Source of the DNA: Neocallimastix sp. 'constans'
Lineage: Eukaryota
Assembly (NCBI GenBank): GCA_050613775.1
Contig: JBODTK010000151.1
Coordinates: 248,001-312,000, forward strand
Length of the DNA: 64,000 bases
Direction: 5' to 3'
The notes beneath the pieces were generated by a model. That model made no database searches. It had not been told where the DNA came from and saw only the letters and a program-made list of their open reading frames with translations. Shown one piece after another: positions 17,211-38,134 of the stretch; the stretch's first letter is position 1, and every line of letters begins with the position of its first letter. Position numbers and translations under genes: made by a program.

Positions 17211-18122
17211 AAAATTTTAAACTAAGATTATTATATTTACAGCTAAGATAAATATCTATAGTAAATGTAATTTGATTTATATCCATTAGTTTATTTAATA
17301 CTTTGATTAATTACAATATCGAACCAATATGCTTCAATAAAACTATTAAAAAAAATTTTTTTTACATGTAATTTAAGATATTTGATTAAAAATTTTAAAA
17401 GATTACTCAAAAACAAATTATAGAATTGTGTACATATTAATAGAATTTATTAACATTTATATTATGAGCTATTATAATTAAAGAATAATTTTAAATAAAA
17501 TATATATAAATATATATTTAATTAATATAAATATTCGATAATTTTTGATTTTTAATTAAAATTAATTTTTAAACTTTTGAATAAATTCATAAATACATGA
17601 TTTATTAAATTTTGAATAAATAAATAAATATTTAATATAGAGATATTTAATTACATATTACGAATATAAATATAGTATTAAATTTAAAATAAATAGTATA
17701 TTTAAATAAATACTTAAAAATAGTGATATACTTGTATATTTTATATACATATACTAATAATACTTTTAATTTTGTTTTACTCTATTTTATTTATATGTAA
17801 TAATTTTATTATTTTATCAAACATTAAATCTATAATTATAATTTTATATAATTGAATTGCTTTATCAATTATGTCTTTATATAAAATTATTATTCTTATT
17901 TTAATATTTTTATTTTTAATTTAGATAAATATAATGAAAATTTTAATATTTGTATACTCTATTAAAATATATTATAAAATTATTTGAATAATTTTTAATA
18001 TTAATTATATTGATAAATATAATATGAAAATAATGTAATGAAATAAATTTTTTTCGATATAGTTTTACTTTTTAAAATATTAATAATGGACTTAATACAT
18101 GAAATATTTATTACTTTAATTA

Positions 18123-18683
18123 TTAACGACGACGACGAGAAGTAACTGTCTCCCAACCATCTTCATCTACAACTCTTTTACTTCTTGGTTCACGATGATG
18201 AGCTGGTTGCTGTTGAGAAGTAGTTCCTTCATCAGTCTCCATAGAATCATTATTATCAACATCATTATCTTCATCACTACTGTCATCATCATCTCCTTGA
18301 ACTTGACTTAATTTATTGGCATTACTTTTTCCCTTTGATAAAAGTGTATTCAATACTTCCATACCTGCACCTTCAATGAATGTCTTCTTGTAAGCATCAA
18401 CTAATAACATACCAACTTGTTTTGGGGAATCATCTTCAACATCCATATTAAAAATTTCACTAAAGAAATCTAAGAAATTTTCATTCAAATCAGAAACTTC
18501 AACTTGATCTTTATATACTTTAAAAATATTAATTACCTCTTCAAATAAATTTTGATAGAATTCTTGAGTTTTTAAACCAGCTAAAGAATGGTCAACAGCT
18601 AATTGAAGAGCGGTCCAATTTGAAAAAATAACTTCTACAATTTTTTCAAAAATTTCTTGATTACTCGCTTGATTTGTTGCCAT
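18123..18683 (-). CDS. TSR2: Pre-rRNA-processing protein TSR2
   Basis: IFSNWTALQLAVD, acidic linker, VEDDSPKQV and C-terminal VDEDGWETVTSRRRR are typical of Tsr2. Single exon. Confidence 0.92.
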   Translation of the reverse strand: MATNQASNQEIFEKIVEVIFSNWTALQLAVDHSLAGLKTQEFYQNLFEEVINIFKVYKDQVEVSDLNENFLDFFSEIFNMDVEDDSPKQVGMLLVDAYKKTFIEGAGMEVLNTLLSKGKSNANKLSQVQGDDDDSSDEDNDVDNNDSMETDEGTTSQQQPAHHREPRSKRVVDEDGWETVTSRRRR

Positions 18684-19373
18684 TTCCCTTTTTTTTTTTT
18701 TTTCCTTATTATATTTTTTGTTTTTAGCTTTTTATTTATATTAATTCCTTAACAAAATTCTATTACCCTTAATTTTTTTCCTTACCAAATTTATTTAAAA
18801 AAAATAAAAAAATAATAATTATAATAAATATTTTAAAATTTAAAATTTTTAATTTTAATTATTTGATTGGATTAAAAATTTTTGATTATTATCAAGTTAG
18901 TGGCTGATTTTAAATTATTTTTTTTTTTTATATTAATAAAATTAAATATATTTTAATTATTATATATTAAACTTTATATATTTATTGATAAATACATTAA
19001 AAATAATATATATTAAGGCAAAAAAAAAAAAAAAATTAAAAATACATAAATAAGTACAAAACAAAATTAAAAAAAAAAAAAAAAAAAATATATTATATAT
19101 ATTTTATATATATAAGATTATTTTTGAATTATTTGCAATTGATTTATTTGATATATTTAAAAATATAAATATTTTATAAATTACTTTCTTTTATATTTTA
19201 TATTTTAATAAATAAATTTAAAAATAATTGTAATGTAATAGAAATTTTATAATATAACAAAATTTCAAATTATATAAATTTATTTAGATTTTTGAGAAAA
19301 GAAATAACATAGTTTTAATATAAATATTATAGGTTATAATTAAACTTATATTAATATAAAAAATTTTATGAAG

Positions 19374-19513
19374 TTAAATTGCTGAACCAAATGACGTTCC
19401 CTGTAAGTTTCTACATCTAATACTGAACTCAGATACTATTGCTTTTAATTTTGTGAATTGTCTTGTACTTAATTATTATCATAATATAAATGAAAAAGTT
19501 AATATATTATTAC

Positions 19514-19554
<41 letters not shown>

Positions 19555-19902
19555 AATTAATTAATAAAAAAAATTACCTCATAACATTTTTCATAAATTG
19601 CTGTTTAATTGTATTATCGACATGCTTAGATGGAAATCCATCCTGATAGTTAATAATATATATTTAAATTTAAATATATAAATGTTAAATTTTATACGTT
19701 TATTATTTATTTCATAAAAAAATTATTATTATAATAAAAAAAAAAAAATAAAAAAAAAAAACTATTTGTATTATAAATTTACTTGTGATAATAAGGCGTT
19801 TAACCATTCATTAACATTATTTGGATATTTGGCCTTCATCCTAAATAAAATTTCAGATAATATGCTTAATAATGAACGTGGTTTACCTCCACCAATACCC
19901 TG

Positions 19903-19944
<42 letters not shown>

Positions 19945-20004
19945 TTTTCCAAATTAAATTGAATTAATTTTTGTCTTTTAATAATAATATATAAACTCTA
20001 ATTT

Positions 20005-20047
<43 letters not shown>

Positions 20048-21184
20048 TTATTATTATGAATTTTTTATTTTATTATTATTATTTTTTTTTTCTGTAGTTG
20101 TTGTTTTGTTTGCTTTTAGATATATATAAAAAATATTATTAATTCATTGATATTTACATATAATACTTCTCTGATTATATCATTGCCTATAATCAACAAA
20201 ATTTGATGAGAGATTTCTCTAAGTTCAGAATTCTCATTATCACATGAGATAAATCCAATCTAAATAATTTATTAATTTTATGAATATACAAATAAAAACA
20301 GACAAACAAATATATAAACATATAATTAAATAAAGAGAAAATAAATACACATTAAAAATTAATAAAAAATGGTAATATAAAAAATATATTTACCAAAAAT
20401 TTTTTAACATGAGTTAATGCAAACTTATCATCTTGAACTTTTAAGGCAGTTAATAATAAACCAAATATTTTTTCAAGTAATTCAGGTTGAAGATTTTTAA
20501 ATAAAGTTGGTTTAATTTCTATAAACTAATATATAAAATTATTATAAATTTATAAATCATTCTATTAGTATACAATTAAACTATTATTTATATATTCATA
20601 TAATATTTATTATATAAAAATAGTTATCAAAATTAAAAATTTGTAAAAAAATTACTTCTATTAACATGCTAAAGAAGAAATGAACAATATCTCTATTTTG
20701 GGAAACAGCTAATATGAATAAATTATTTAAAGAAAATTAAATTTAATTAACTAAACTTTTGTTTTTGTTATAAATATATATGTGTTAAATTATTATTCTA
20801 AAGGTTAAGTTACCAATATCGGTGTTTAAATATTGTACGGTAGTTTGAGTAGCTGAAGTTAAAAGCAAAACAATGTTTCTATCTATTTTTATTGGATCAT
20901 TGTTAATTTCTAATAATGGACATGGATCTTGATTATATGATGAATATACCCATAATAAGTCTTTTATCATTATTAAAATATAACTTTGTTTTGATAATTC
21001 ATAACATGAACTTAACAATAATGTAAGTAATTCCATTTTTGGTGATAATAATGGTAAAATACTTCTAAATGAGAATTTAATGAATTGAGAAACAGCCTAA
21101 ATGAAAATTGATACCAATAATTATAATTTTAGATTTTATTAATTAATACTAATTAAATAATAATAATAATAATAATAATAATTA

Positions 21185-21215
<31 letters not shown>

Positions 21216-24200
21216 TCTATTATTGTCATAATTAATATTAAATTAATATTGATAATTAAGTACTTACAGGTATAACATCATAATCATTAGTATATAATCT
21301 TAATATCATTTCAATAATTTCATAACAATCATTTGATAATATTTCAAATTGCTGGAATTGCTCTTGAGTTAATTCAAGTTTACTTTCTTTTTTAATTTTT
21401 GTTTCATATTCAACTTGTTCTGCTAAATCGACAAAACTATTTTCATCTGGTGGGATAATACCTTTAGCAAAGGCAACCATATGATTAATTTGTGTTTCAA
21501 CAAGTTCTTTGTATTTACTTTGCTCACCAGTCTGTTTTTAGATTTGTTAGCTATGACATTTAAAAATAATTATTATAATATAATATATATTAAATGCTTA
21601 CATTATTTATTTTTATTAAAGTTTCTTTAATTTTTTCTTGAAGATTATTTTGTATTACTAGCATAATTGGAACAGATCGTTCATTTGGAAGTGTTTGTAG
21701 TACTTCTGCTAAAGCTTGAACAATTCTTGATCGTTCTCTTTGCTATTTTATATTTGAAAAAATACAAATAAAATAGAAATAAAATAAAAATAAATATATA
21801 AAACACGTTCTATCATATTTAGTAACGTCATAAAAGTTACTATAATGACTGAATTTAATAATTTTATATTATTAAGCATTTTTATTACAATCGAATCAGG
21901 AAGCTGCATATAAATATTAACCAAAGCATCAATAAAGTTTACTAATGATTTTTTGCAATGATTACAAACTTCTAAAAATGCTTTTGAAGCAGGTAATAAT
22001 AATAATGGCTGGGAAATACTTGTAATAATAAAGTCCATAACACTTGGTATAAATGTTTCATGATATTTTAACCATTCAGCATAAGATGCTTATATATTTA
22101 AATTTAATCATTCATATATATATATTAATATTTTAAAAACACTTTTGAATACAAATATATTTTTATTTTCATTCTCTTTCATCATTATATTTTACCTATT
22201 AAATTTAATGTAGTAATTTTTACTCTATCAAAATTATCCTTTGGTAAATTGCAAATATTTTTAAATATTTCATCACTAAATAATTTGGAAATATAAATAT
22301 TTTCTTTCATATCAATTGCTTCGGATATTGCTTTTAAACATTGTAAACTTGATTCTAAAACCTTGAAATTTGAATTTATTGCATATATATGTATATTTTA
22401 TATGTCAATTTATATTAATTATTAATATTATTAATTTATTAAATTTGCAATACTTTGAGATTTTTTAAGAATACGAACTTGCCAATTTGGATTTCCATTA
22501 TATATTTTAATTAATTCGTCCCTACATAAATTAATTAAATGCTCTAAAGATTGATCTTTAACTATAGAATATATAGCAATAATAGTATCTCCTGCTTCTC
22601 TTCTTGATGCATTAAAATTTTCATAATTTTCTATAATATATGATTAAATTTTAATAATAAATTATAATTTTTATTTTTATTTTTTTTAAAATAATATAAG
22701 ATAATACCTCTCTTCCAAGATTTTTTATCCTCATCAGTTGGATATTGCATCTTTTGTCTAATAATTTCCATTAATTGACTAAATACTTCTATACTTGCAT
22801 TTCTAATCTGTAACCCTTGTTCTGGTGTTAATAATGAACCAGATGATAAAGGTTGACTTCTAAAAATAAGTACATCTTCTTCATCTTTAAAATCATTAGT
22901 TTTCGGAAGTGGTACAACGTAAGGATCTTCAATGATTTCTGTTAAATTAAACCAGAAATTATATGTTGTATCACTATTAAAATAGATATTACATTTTAAA
23001 TTAATAAACCAATTATTTAATTAAATGTAGATCTTAATTATATAATATTTATTTTAAAAATAAAAATTTACGTTATATCTTGATCAATGGCAGGATAACC
23101 TGGAAATGCTGTACAAGCCATCATCATCTTTAAATATGTAATAATATCTGGTCTTAAGAAGTTAACAGTAATATATTCTGTAAATTCTTCTCCTAATGTA
23201 GTCATCAATTTACATATAACTCTTGCACCTTCTTCATCTTCATCTAAAATTTTATTTTATTATATATTTTTATATAATTAATAATAAATATTATAGAGTA
23301 TTTATTATTAATTTATATTAAATCAATTTATGTGACTTAATTACTTTCGATAGTATTATTAAATTCATTGTAAATCCATCCTGTAGTTATTGTTTTTAGT
23401 ATATTATCACATAATGTTTTTTCAAATTTTTTAGATGAAGAGTGTGTTAATAGCTCAATCAAAACTTCAGCAGCAGGTTGGAAATTTTCAACTTCTAATA
23501 ATGCATTTATTGTAGAATTTATAATCGATTCTAATGTTCTAAATATTTAATAATACACATAATAAATATATATATTTATATAAATATATATTGTTTAAAT
23601 AATTATTTTTATCAATTATTTGTTTTTATTTATTAAATAATTAATTATATTTATATATTTACGATATTGGGGCATCATATTGAATCCATGATTGTAGACA
23701 TTTTAAACTTTTTTGTTGTAACTTAATTATTGATTCATTTTTTTCTTTAATAGATAAAATATCATTTAAGAGATTTAAAACAATTAAAAATCCTGAAGAT
23801 AATTCATTTTGAATCTTCCCTCTATACAAATTATTGAAATATTATATAATATTATTGATAAACATATAATATTATGAAAGTCATTATTATTATAATTTAT
23901 TTTAAATATATATACTTTCTATTGGTTAAAAGTTCTGCAGTTGAGACTTGTTCAGGAACAACTGTCAAAAATTCAAGTTTTGCTAATTCTAAATTTAATT
24001 TTGCATTATCATCTAAATCAGGTCTTTGAACTTCTACATTAATATCATTAATAAATGATGGAATAAAATTTGGCCATAATTCCGGTGATGCCTGTAATGC
24101 AAATGATGTAAGCTTATAAAAAGTTTTGAATAAATTATAATTAAAAATTGAACTATTTGTAATGATCTGGTATTATTGGACATTAAAAAAATATAAGATA

Positions 24201-24687
24201 ATTTACAGCTAGACATAATTTTGTTAATACAATTTGAGTACTACTTGAATATTTTTTAATCCATGATATTAATTCATTTTTAAGAGGAATAATTTCATCA
24301 GGTTGTAATGTATTCCTAATTTAATAATTATAAATATATATTTAAAATATCAAATTTAAAATCTACATATTTTATATATGTTTATATTAATAATTAAAAT
24401 AACAATAAGGAAAAAAATGAAGGTTTACCAATCTCTTAGGATTTTAACTTGAAATGTATGTGCACCAAAGAATTGTGAACTTACTTGCTACAGCATTAAT
24501 ATATTTATATTTAAATTAAGTATATAATATTTATATTTATTATAAAAATATATAATATTCTTTTAGGCTTTTAAAATATTATAATTATAAATTAATAAAA
24601 TTTATATTACCTTTATTGTTCATTTTTAAATTAAAAGAACAATAAAAATAATAGTTGAAAGGATATTATAATAATAACAATGATATA

Positions 24688-24718
<31 letters not shown>

Positions 24719-25166
24719 TTAATAATAATAATAATTAATAATAATAAATAATAAATAAATAATAAATAATAAATAAATATAAATAAATAATAAATAATAA
24801 ATGTAGAACTAATTTAAATATTCAAATGTTCGATTAAACTTATTTACCATTGAATTAAGTAATTCTGAAGAAAGTCTCCATGCGTATGGTTGCTTTTGTA
24901 GTTCATGAAGCCAATGTTCTGCTGGCTTTCTAATTTCTGCTTCATAACATTCATAAAATTGTTTAATAACCTTTTTTTTTTTTTTAATATTAATAGATTA
25001 AAATTTTCAGTTATATTACATATATAAATAAATTATTAATATTATATTGGAAAATTTAATCAATGAAAACAATTTACAATTTTTCTTTTATTCAATTGAT
25101 ATAACTAATTTAATTATTATTATTTAAATATATATACACTTTTTAATTTTTCAAAAAGCTTTTTAC

Positions 25167-25226
<60 letters not shown>

Positions 25227-25335
25227 CATTATTATTATTATTATTTAATTGGATTTTATTATTATTATTTTTTTTTTCTTGTACTTTTATCTTTTTCCTT
25301 TATTATTATTTTTTATTGATTTTTATTATTTTTTC

Positions 25336-25372
<37 letters not shown>

Positions 25373-25750
25373 TATTTCTTTATTATTATTATTTAAATGA
25401 TATTATTTTTTTTGTCGTTAAAATTTTCTTCATTAAGAATTGCTTTAGCTAAATTAATAATATTTCATTTTCAATAATAATTTTTATATAAGGTTATTAA
25501 GCAAATTTTTTATTATTATAAAAAAAAGTAAGAGTATTTTCAATTTTTGATTTTTTTTTTTTTTGAAATAGTATTCTTTAAACTAAATAAAAATATTTTA
25601 TTGAAGAAAAAAATATACAAATATAAATTTATATAAACCATATTTGAAACAATTTATTTAATACTATTGAATAAAAATCTATAATTTATTTCATACATTT
25701 TCAACTTCTCCCACGGATGGAATGTTTGTATAAATTTGATTATTATTCAT
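19374..25750 (-). CDS. Importin-13-like / transportin-3 family karyopherin, highly fragmented (~18-20 exons)
   Basis: Joined 5' exons read MNNNQIYTNIPSVGEVEN|VIKQFYECYEAEIRKPAEHWLHELQKQPYAWRLSSELLNSM|QVSSQFFGAHTFQVKILRDW (importin-beta N-terminal HEAT repeats). The C-terminus KLKAIVSEFSIRCRNLQGTSFGSAI* resembles the importin-13 terminus. Stop at 19374-19376. Confidence 0.82.
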
Positions 25751-26029
25751 GTTTTATAAATTTTACTACAATTATGATATTATTGAAGTCTTCAGATAAT
25801 ACATTAAAGTTTTTAATGAAATATTTATTTCGTTTCTTTTATTTATTAAAAAAGTAATATATATATAAAGATATATATTGAAAATATATTTAATTTCTAT
25901 CTTAATATTATATTTTATCTTCAATCTTTATATAAAAAAATAATTAAAAATTTTATTAAAACAGTTAATTAAATAAACTTATATTTAATTTTATAAAATT
26001 TAAATATTTTATATTTAATAAATTTAATT

Positions 26030-26061
<32 letters not shown>

Positions 26062-26304
26062 CTACATTACTTTCTATAAGTAAATTAGTTTACTTGTTTA
26101 ATTTTCGCCCTTCTTTTAATAAAAAAAAATACTAATAATAATAAAAAAAAAAATAATTTTTTAAAAATAAAAATTTCTTTTATACTATTCTTTGTAAATC
26201 AATTAAATAAATATATTATAATTATATGAAAAATATATTATAAATATATTGAAGTTAATTAATTTAATTAAAATTAAATCATATAAAATATTTTTATGTT
26301 TTAT

Positions 26305-26776
26305 GGATACTACTTCTATCCAGTTTTTGTCCTGGTGGTTAGTATAATATATGCTGGTTTTTCTAGTTTAGCTACTTTATCATAAATTTTTTAATATTTC
26401 ATTTCCCTTTTTAATTATTTTTTTAGTGACTTAACAAATTGTTGAATTTATACGGGGTGATTTTCATCCTCCAAGGGTGTTTTTCAATATAAATGAAGTT
26501 GGGTTCGCTCTCCATGGTAATCATTCTTATTCCGAGATAAAATAATTGTTTGCACTTGATTTGTGAGAATATTAGTATAATTGTTCATCTCTCGATGACG
26601 GTTAAAAAGTTCACTAAAAAGAAATTTGTCCTATAAAGCGATGAATAAGGAATGTTTTTCATATTAGCCTTGCAAAGATAGAGGTCCCTGTTGACATTGA
26701 AACGGTATGGTATAGAATCTAGTGAGAGTCTGATAATCTGATAATATCCTCTTGTTAATCCTAGTCTATAAAAAAA
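26305..26776 (+). mobile_element. Putative tRNA-derived SINE, copy A
   Basis: Collinear similarity to the reverse complement of 59436-59905. Shared blocks include GTGATTTTCATCCTCC, CTCTCGATGA, GGAATGT(T/C)TTTCATAT, GAGTCTGATAA and CTTGTTAATC(C/A)TAGTCTA. It has an A-box-like TGTCCTGGTGGTTAGTA at the 5' end, ends in an A-run and has no ORF. Confidence 0.7.
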
Positions 26777-27696
26777 TCAAAAAACACAAGTTTAAATGCA
26801 TCTGTAAATAAGTATTAAAGAATTAGAATAATAATATAAATTAGAAATATTTAGATAATTTATAATTCAATAGCTATATATTAATATAATAATTGGATTT
26901 TTGTATAATATACACATACATAATAATTAGGGTACGTATTAAAACATTATGTCAAATTTTTAATAAAATATTATATATATATATTTGATTTTAGTTTATT
27001 TTTATATTAATATTGATTTATCATATATTATTTGAAACAAAAATATAAAATATACATATATATATATTAACTATATTTCATGGAATAAAAATTTATTCTT
27101 TTATAATAAAATATTTAAACTTATGAATTATGAAATCTTAATTTGAAATTTTAAATGAATTTATTATTAAATATATATTATTGAAATTGTAATTTGTTTA
27201 ATTAATCTATAATTTATATATATATATATATTTATAAAATACGAAATAATAATAAATTTATGAATTATTTTTAAATTATATTTAAAATAATATACTTTGA
27301 ATAATTGAGTACATTATAAATATATATAAACTATAAACTTATTTAACTTGTGAAGAATCTTAATTACTAAAATTAATTTTATATGTACTTTATTTTATTT
27401 TTATTTTTATTTTTTTTACAAATATAAAATAATAATATACATTTTTAATTTTTAATTTTATTTTTCTTATTCTTTCAATAATTTTTAATTTACTTTTAAA
27501 TTATTTAACTATTTACTATCTATTTTACAATAAATTAAATTATAATTTTTCTTCTATACGATGAATTTTTAAAATATCATTATTGAATATATATATATTT
27601 GAAGTGAAATCTATTAAATATATCATTTGTTTGAAATATTTTTTAAATTTTATTTAATTTATTATTAGCAAAAAAAATTAAATTTTAATTAAAAAA

Positions 27697-32318
<4,622 letters not shown>

Positions 32319-32875
32319 ATTATTTATCAATATTTCTTTTCTACTTGTATTAAGTTTAATGGGAAAATATTAAAATTTTGTAATAATTTCAAATATAAAT
32401 AAAAATAATAAAAATAAAGTATGAATATGAAACTTGTGTTTGATATTTTTAATTAAAGTTCTCTAAATATATATTTATACAAAAACAAAAACAAAAACAA
32501 AAACAAAAAAAAAAAATACAAAAATGAAATGAAATAAATGAAATATAATTTTATTTATTTATTTATTTATTTAATATATAAATAATATTGCTTTATTATA
32601 AATTCAAATTTATTAAAATTTTATTTTAAAAAAAAAATTATTTAGATTGTTTAAAAAAAAAATATATATATATATATATATAGTTTTTAATTATTATATC
32701 ATAAGTGTATTTATTTATTTATTTATTTATTTATTATATAATTTAATATTGATTGTTGGAAAAAAAAATAATTTTTTTTTGTTTCTTATAGATATTTAAT
32801 ATAAAATTAATAAAATAAATAAAAAAAATTTTTTTAAGAAAAAAATAAAAATAAAACAAAAATTAAAAATTAAAA

Positions 32876-35800
32876 TTAAAATGCTACTCTAACTCTCATA
32901 TCTTCAATCTTTTTTGATACTTCACTAACTGTTTTATCCAACTCTTCTGCAATCATAGCTTTTCTTTCATATGGTAATAAATTATATTGTTCGCATAAAT
33001 TGCCATCAATTACATTCTTTACTGGTATATAATAAGAACGGTAGGCTAAATGATCTCTTCCACAAAGAGGAGGTGCATTTTCTCTTAAATGCATTTCAAG
33101 ATTTTGGAAGAAATCAACATCTTCATGATTAATAAATGGAATAAAAACACCAATTCCTCCTAATATTGTTGTATAGCATAAAATTTCTTTTCCACCAGCA
33201 ACTAACGTAGTTCTATTAATAGATGTTAAAGATTCACCAACATGATATTCACATAAATGTGTTACTTTATGTGGGGCGCCTTGTAAATATCCCTTTTCAT
33301 ATAATAAACGATTACCAGTTGGGTCCTCATCAACTTCTTCTGAGGTTGATGCTGGTAATCGATCAACAAAGAAATTACCAAATTTATCACCACCAACAAC
33401 TGTATCATAATCTACCATTGTTGTGCATGTTATCCATCTTGGTATAGTATCATCAGCAAATATAATAATACGATTTTCACGATTCTTATATGTAGCATAG
33501 GTAACAGATTCCTGTATATCACCAACAACAATTCTATCACCTTGAGTATGTATAGTTAAAATCATATTAGGGAATTGCTATTTCAATAATGATAATAATA
33601 AAATCAATATATTAATAAAAATATATTTATATTTAATTAAAATTAACTAATAATTAATATTTTAAAAATAACCTATATAATTATATATATGGATAAAAAA
33701 TTCATAATAAATTATTACCTTATTTTCACATTTTCTTAACATTTTTCTTTTACCAATATCATAAATTCTTAGAATTTTACCCATACCAACTAATAATCTA
33801 CCTTGGAATTGGCATAACGCCATTGGAATATCATCAATTAAAGTCTTAATTTTATATTTATATTAAATAATTAAAATAAATAAAATTATTAATATAATAT
33901 AATTATTATTACAAATTTAATGAAATAAATATAATAATTAAATATTAAAAAGTTATGAAATAACAATAAACAATAAATGAATAAATTAAAAATAAAAATA
34001 AAAATAAAAATAAAAATAAAAATAAAAATAAAAATAAAAATAAAAATAAAAATAAAAATAAAAATAAAAATAAAAATAAAAATAAAAATAAAAATAAAAA
34101 TAAAAATAAAAATAAAAATAAAAATAAAAATAAAAATAAAAATAAAAATAAAAAATAAAAAATAAAAATAAAAATAAAAATAAAAATAAAAATAAAAATA
34201 AAAAATAAAAAATAAAAATAAAAATATAAAAAATAAAAATAAAAAAATAAAAAAAAAATAAAAAATTATTAAAAAAATAAATATTATATTTACTCTGTGA
34301 ACCAATTCCAAAGCCTTATTATTTTCTATAAAACGATAAACACGAATAAAGCCAGCAGTACAATTTCTTGGAGAAAGAACAACATCTTGTGCGGTACCAA
34401 CAACAACAAATGTTTCATTAGGATGACTTTGGAAGACACATGTAGTAATACTGAAAGCAGCTTCATTATTATCTAATTCAATTTCACAAGTAGTTTCACC
34501 AGTAACTGCATCTATAACACGAATACATGAAGCCCATTTTCCTAATTCGGCTTTTGGTAATCCAAATTGCTCTACTGGTAATTCATCTTTTTCATTATTA
34601 TCATCAGTATCCATTTGATTTTCTTTGAATTTAGCTTTTTCAGAAGGACACCAGGTATTTTGTTCTGATTCAATAATAACAAAAGTATTAGTTGGTTTAT
34701 GTAAAATAAAGCGTCTTGGAGTATATTTCAATGGAACAATTGATTGATTGAAAATATTTCCTAATTTTTCAATCGTTAAAATTCTAAGAGTATTTCCTGT
34801 TACAGCAACAATACCTTCTGGACATTGTTCAGAACAAAAGCTTGAACCATATTCCAATGTTTCATAAGATAATGGTATTAATGTAGTTTTTGATTGATAG
34901 GTATACGTAATCCACGGACGACTTGATAGTGCTAACAAAGCAGGTTCATCTTTAATTTTAATTTCAAATAACTTAACAGGACGAGTACCTAAAAATCTCA
35001 TTCTCATATCGCTTAAGGCACCCGTTACAGTATCTACTGCTGTTCTTAGCAATATACCATTTTGTAAACCCATATTTAAATATAAAGTATTCTGACCATC
35101 AACGTTAAAATCTTTCATTTCTATGATTGATAAAGATTCTGGAATAGAGTTAACAGCTTGCATAGCAAGTGGTTGTAAGCAAGAATCTGGATCAAGTGAG
35201 AAAATTCTTATTGTATTATCTACACAACCAACTGCCATAAATTTTGATCTTTGTCTTCCTTCAGGTATAGGTCCAAGAGCTAAACAAGATATCTGAGAGG
35301 CCATTTCTTTGTGCTCTTGATATTCATTAAGATGTCCAGATGGATCTAATTCAAAGTATACCAATTCACCACCAGTTAAACCAAGTATAACTTGACGATG
35401 ATTACATGCAGCTTTAATAATTGTTTTATTTTTTGGGGCTTTCCATTCATTAACTCTTCTATCTGATCTAATATGTCTAACACCGTTTGGGTAAATTTGA
35501 ATTAAAGTATTATCGCCAAGTTGTCCAACATCAAGAGTTGGAGTAGATGAAAGAAAACCAGTATCAGTAACTTCTTCTACAGTTTCCCCAATAGAAAGAA
35601 CAAGTGTAGCATCAATGAATGAAATAACAATATAAGAATCATATTCATTTGATGCAGCTGTTTTAACAGTCCACACAGCTAATGGATTACCTGGTAATTC
35701 TGATACAGCCATCTCTGAAACTTCAAGGCCATGTCTCAAAATTCTAAATGAAGATCGTGATCCTCTACCACAAAGAGTATAAAATTGAGGACTATCTTCA

Positions 35801-36093
35801 TCACCAATATTTAAAATTTTTGAATCAATCAACGGACATAATGATTCCATTTCATCAACTGCGGTTAAATTAACTAATCCTCTTGGTTTAAAGTATACGG
35901 TAACATCATCAAGTTCATCAATATCACCTTGTGGAAAATCATTACTTGAAAATTCTGGTTGATCTTCATCATCGTCACCAAGGTTTTCAATTTGATAAAG
36001 ATAGCTTATTAATTGTTTTTAATTTTCATATTATTGTTAGTTAAAGTATTAATAATTGAATATAAATTTTTAATTAATAAAATTATTATTAAA

Positions 36094-36129
<36 letters not shown>

Positions 36130-37723
36130 TTAAATATTAATACATACTGATTTCCTGTTTCACTTGCAATAAATAAGAAACCTGTCTTTAATAAACACAT
36201 ACCACTAGCAGCAGGTACAGTGTCAAAATATTTAATTTTTATTTCTTCTATTTTTGAATAACCATCATTATTTACACTATCAATTGTAATTTTAAATATA
36301 TCACCATCCTCAGTTTGAACAAATATAAATAATGCATGTTTCATTTTTAATAAAACACTTGATATTATAATAACACCTCTTTCTTTTTCTTCACCAAGAT
36401 AATTATCCATTCTATTCATTCTTCTTGGAATAGGTATTCTAATGCTTTCACAATCTTGATGCATCCATGTAATATAATTTTCTGAGCAAACTAATACTCC
36501 ACTTGGTCCATCATTTCCTCCAGGAACAGAAATTAAATAATTTGATCTTGCATCGATAACTTCACTCCATTTTCTTACTACATGATTTAAACCAAGATCA
36601 AGTTCATAATAAGTTAAAGTCTTTTAATAGATAAATTAACATTTAATAATGCATAATAAATAATATAAATATTTATATATTATAATAATAGAAAAATTGT
36701 TATAATATTAATACTTGATTTTAATGCATTTTTTATTTTAAAATAATTTTATTAATTATTAATTAATTATTGCTTAAATTTTATTTTACCTTTTCTGCAT
36801 TTAAAAATGCTTCACCAGTAGGATCTTCATCAGCATCCGAATAATCAATTTCTATGCAAGCAAATATTGGATTTTCAAATCCTACATCAACACCTACAGA
36901 ATGATATACAATAGTATGGGATTTGTGAGCTTCCAAAGGAGAAGATATAGTTAATTTTGCAGCCGAATCTCGATTCAAAATATAAACAAGTTTTTGCTTT
37001 TCAACAGCACCTAATTTATAATTATTAATATATAAATTTTTATTAAAATAAAATATATTTTCAAAAAAATATTTATTTAAACTTATATTCTAAATTATTA
37101 AAATTACCTAACATAACAGCTCTTCCTTTTGGATCAGCTGCAAGATATTGTCCAGGAACGATTCTCCTGCATCCAGTTTTACCATAAGTTTCTTCATGTA
37201 ATTTATTAAATTGATTCTTATCTGGATTATATTCTAAAATTACTAATTTTCCTGAATCTGAACCTATAACAATATAATCTATTTTATTTCATTTTATTTT
37301 ATTAATACATTAACATAACAATTTATTTTTTAAAAAATAAGAATGTATAGTAAAACATATTAATAAATTAATGTTTTAATTGTATATAATAAATAATGGA
37401 TATTATATATTATTATTATTATTACTATTATTATTATTCATCATTAATTATGATATTTTATTTTATTTTATTTTTAATATTTAATTATATATTTAACCTT
37501 TTGAATCACCAGTTAGTCTAAAAGGTATTATTGATCTAATTATTCCAAAAACTTCATGTGTTAAAATTGAATGAACCTTTCCTGTTGATGAATCGGGTCT
37601 TAATAATTCAAGAATAGAACCTCTAGCTACAATAATTTCTTGTGTTCTATTACCTGAAAAATTACCAATAAATGCTTGATTTATTGCAGTTGGCTGTTGA
37701 ATAGTTAAATTATATAAAAACAT
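32876..37723 (-). CDS. RSE1: Pre-mRNA splicing factor RSE1 / SF3B3 (U2 snRNP), multi-exon
   Basis: [24 protein letters not shown]..., [43 protein letters not shown] and terminal [15 protein letters not shown] are highly conserved SF3B3 sequences. Confidence 0.97.
33986..34230. repeat. (AAAAAT)n hexamer microsatellite in an RSE1 intron
   Basis: Read directly; it explains the spurious IF/KI-repeat ORF translations. Confidence 0.93.
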
Positions 37724-37808
37724 TCTATATAAATAATTTTAAAACACCAATGAAATTTAAATATTTATCAAAATATTGTTTATGTTTTATTATAATTATA
37801 CATATATT

Positions 37809-37843
<35 letters not shown>

Positions 37844-38098
37844 GTATTATTATTTATTTTTAATTTATAATATTTATATTATTAAATACAAGCGATAAAT
37901 TTAATGAATAATAATTTAAACATATATATATAAATTATATAATTTTTTATTAGAAAAAGGAATTTCAATTAATTTTATTAATTTTTTAATTTTAATTTAT
38001 TTTTATAAAGTTTTTTTTTTTTTTTTTAATATTATTATTATTATAAAATTTTAATTTTTAAAATAGTAAAATAGTAAAAATTAAAAAAATAAAATAAT

Positions 38099-38134
<36 letters not shown>
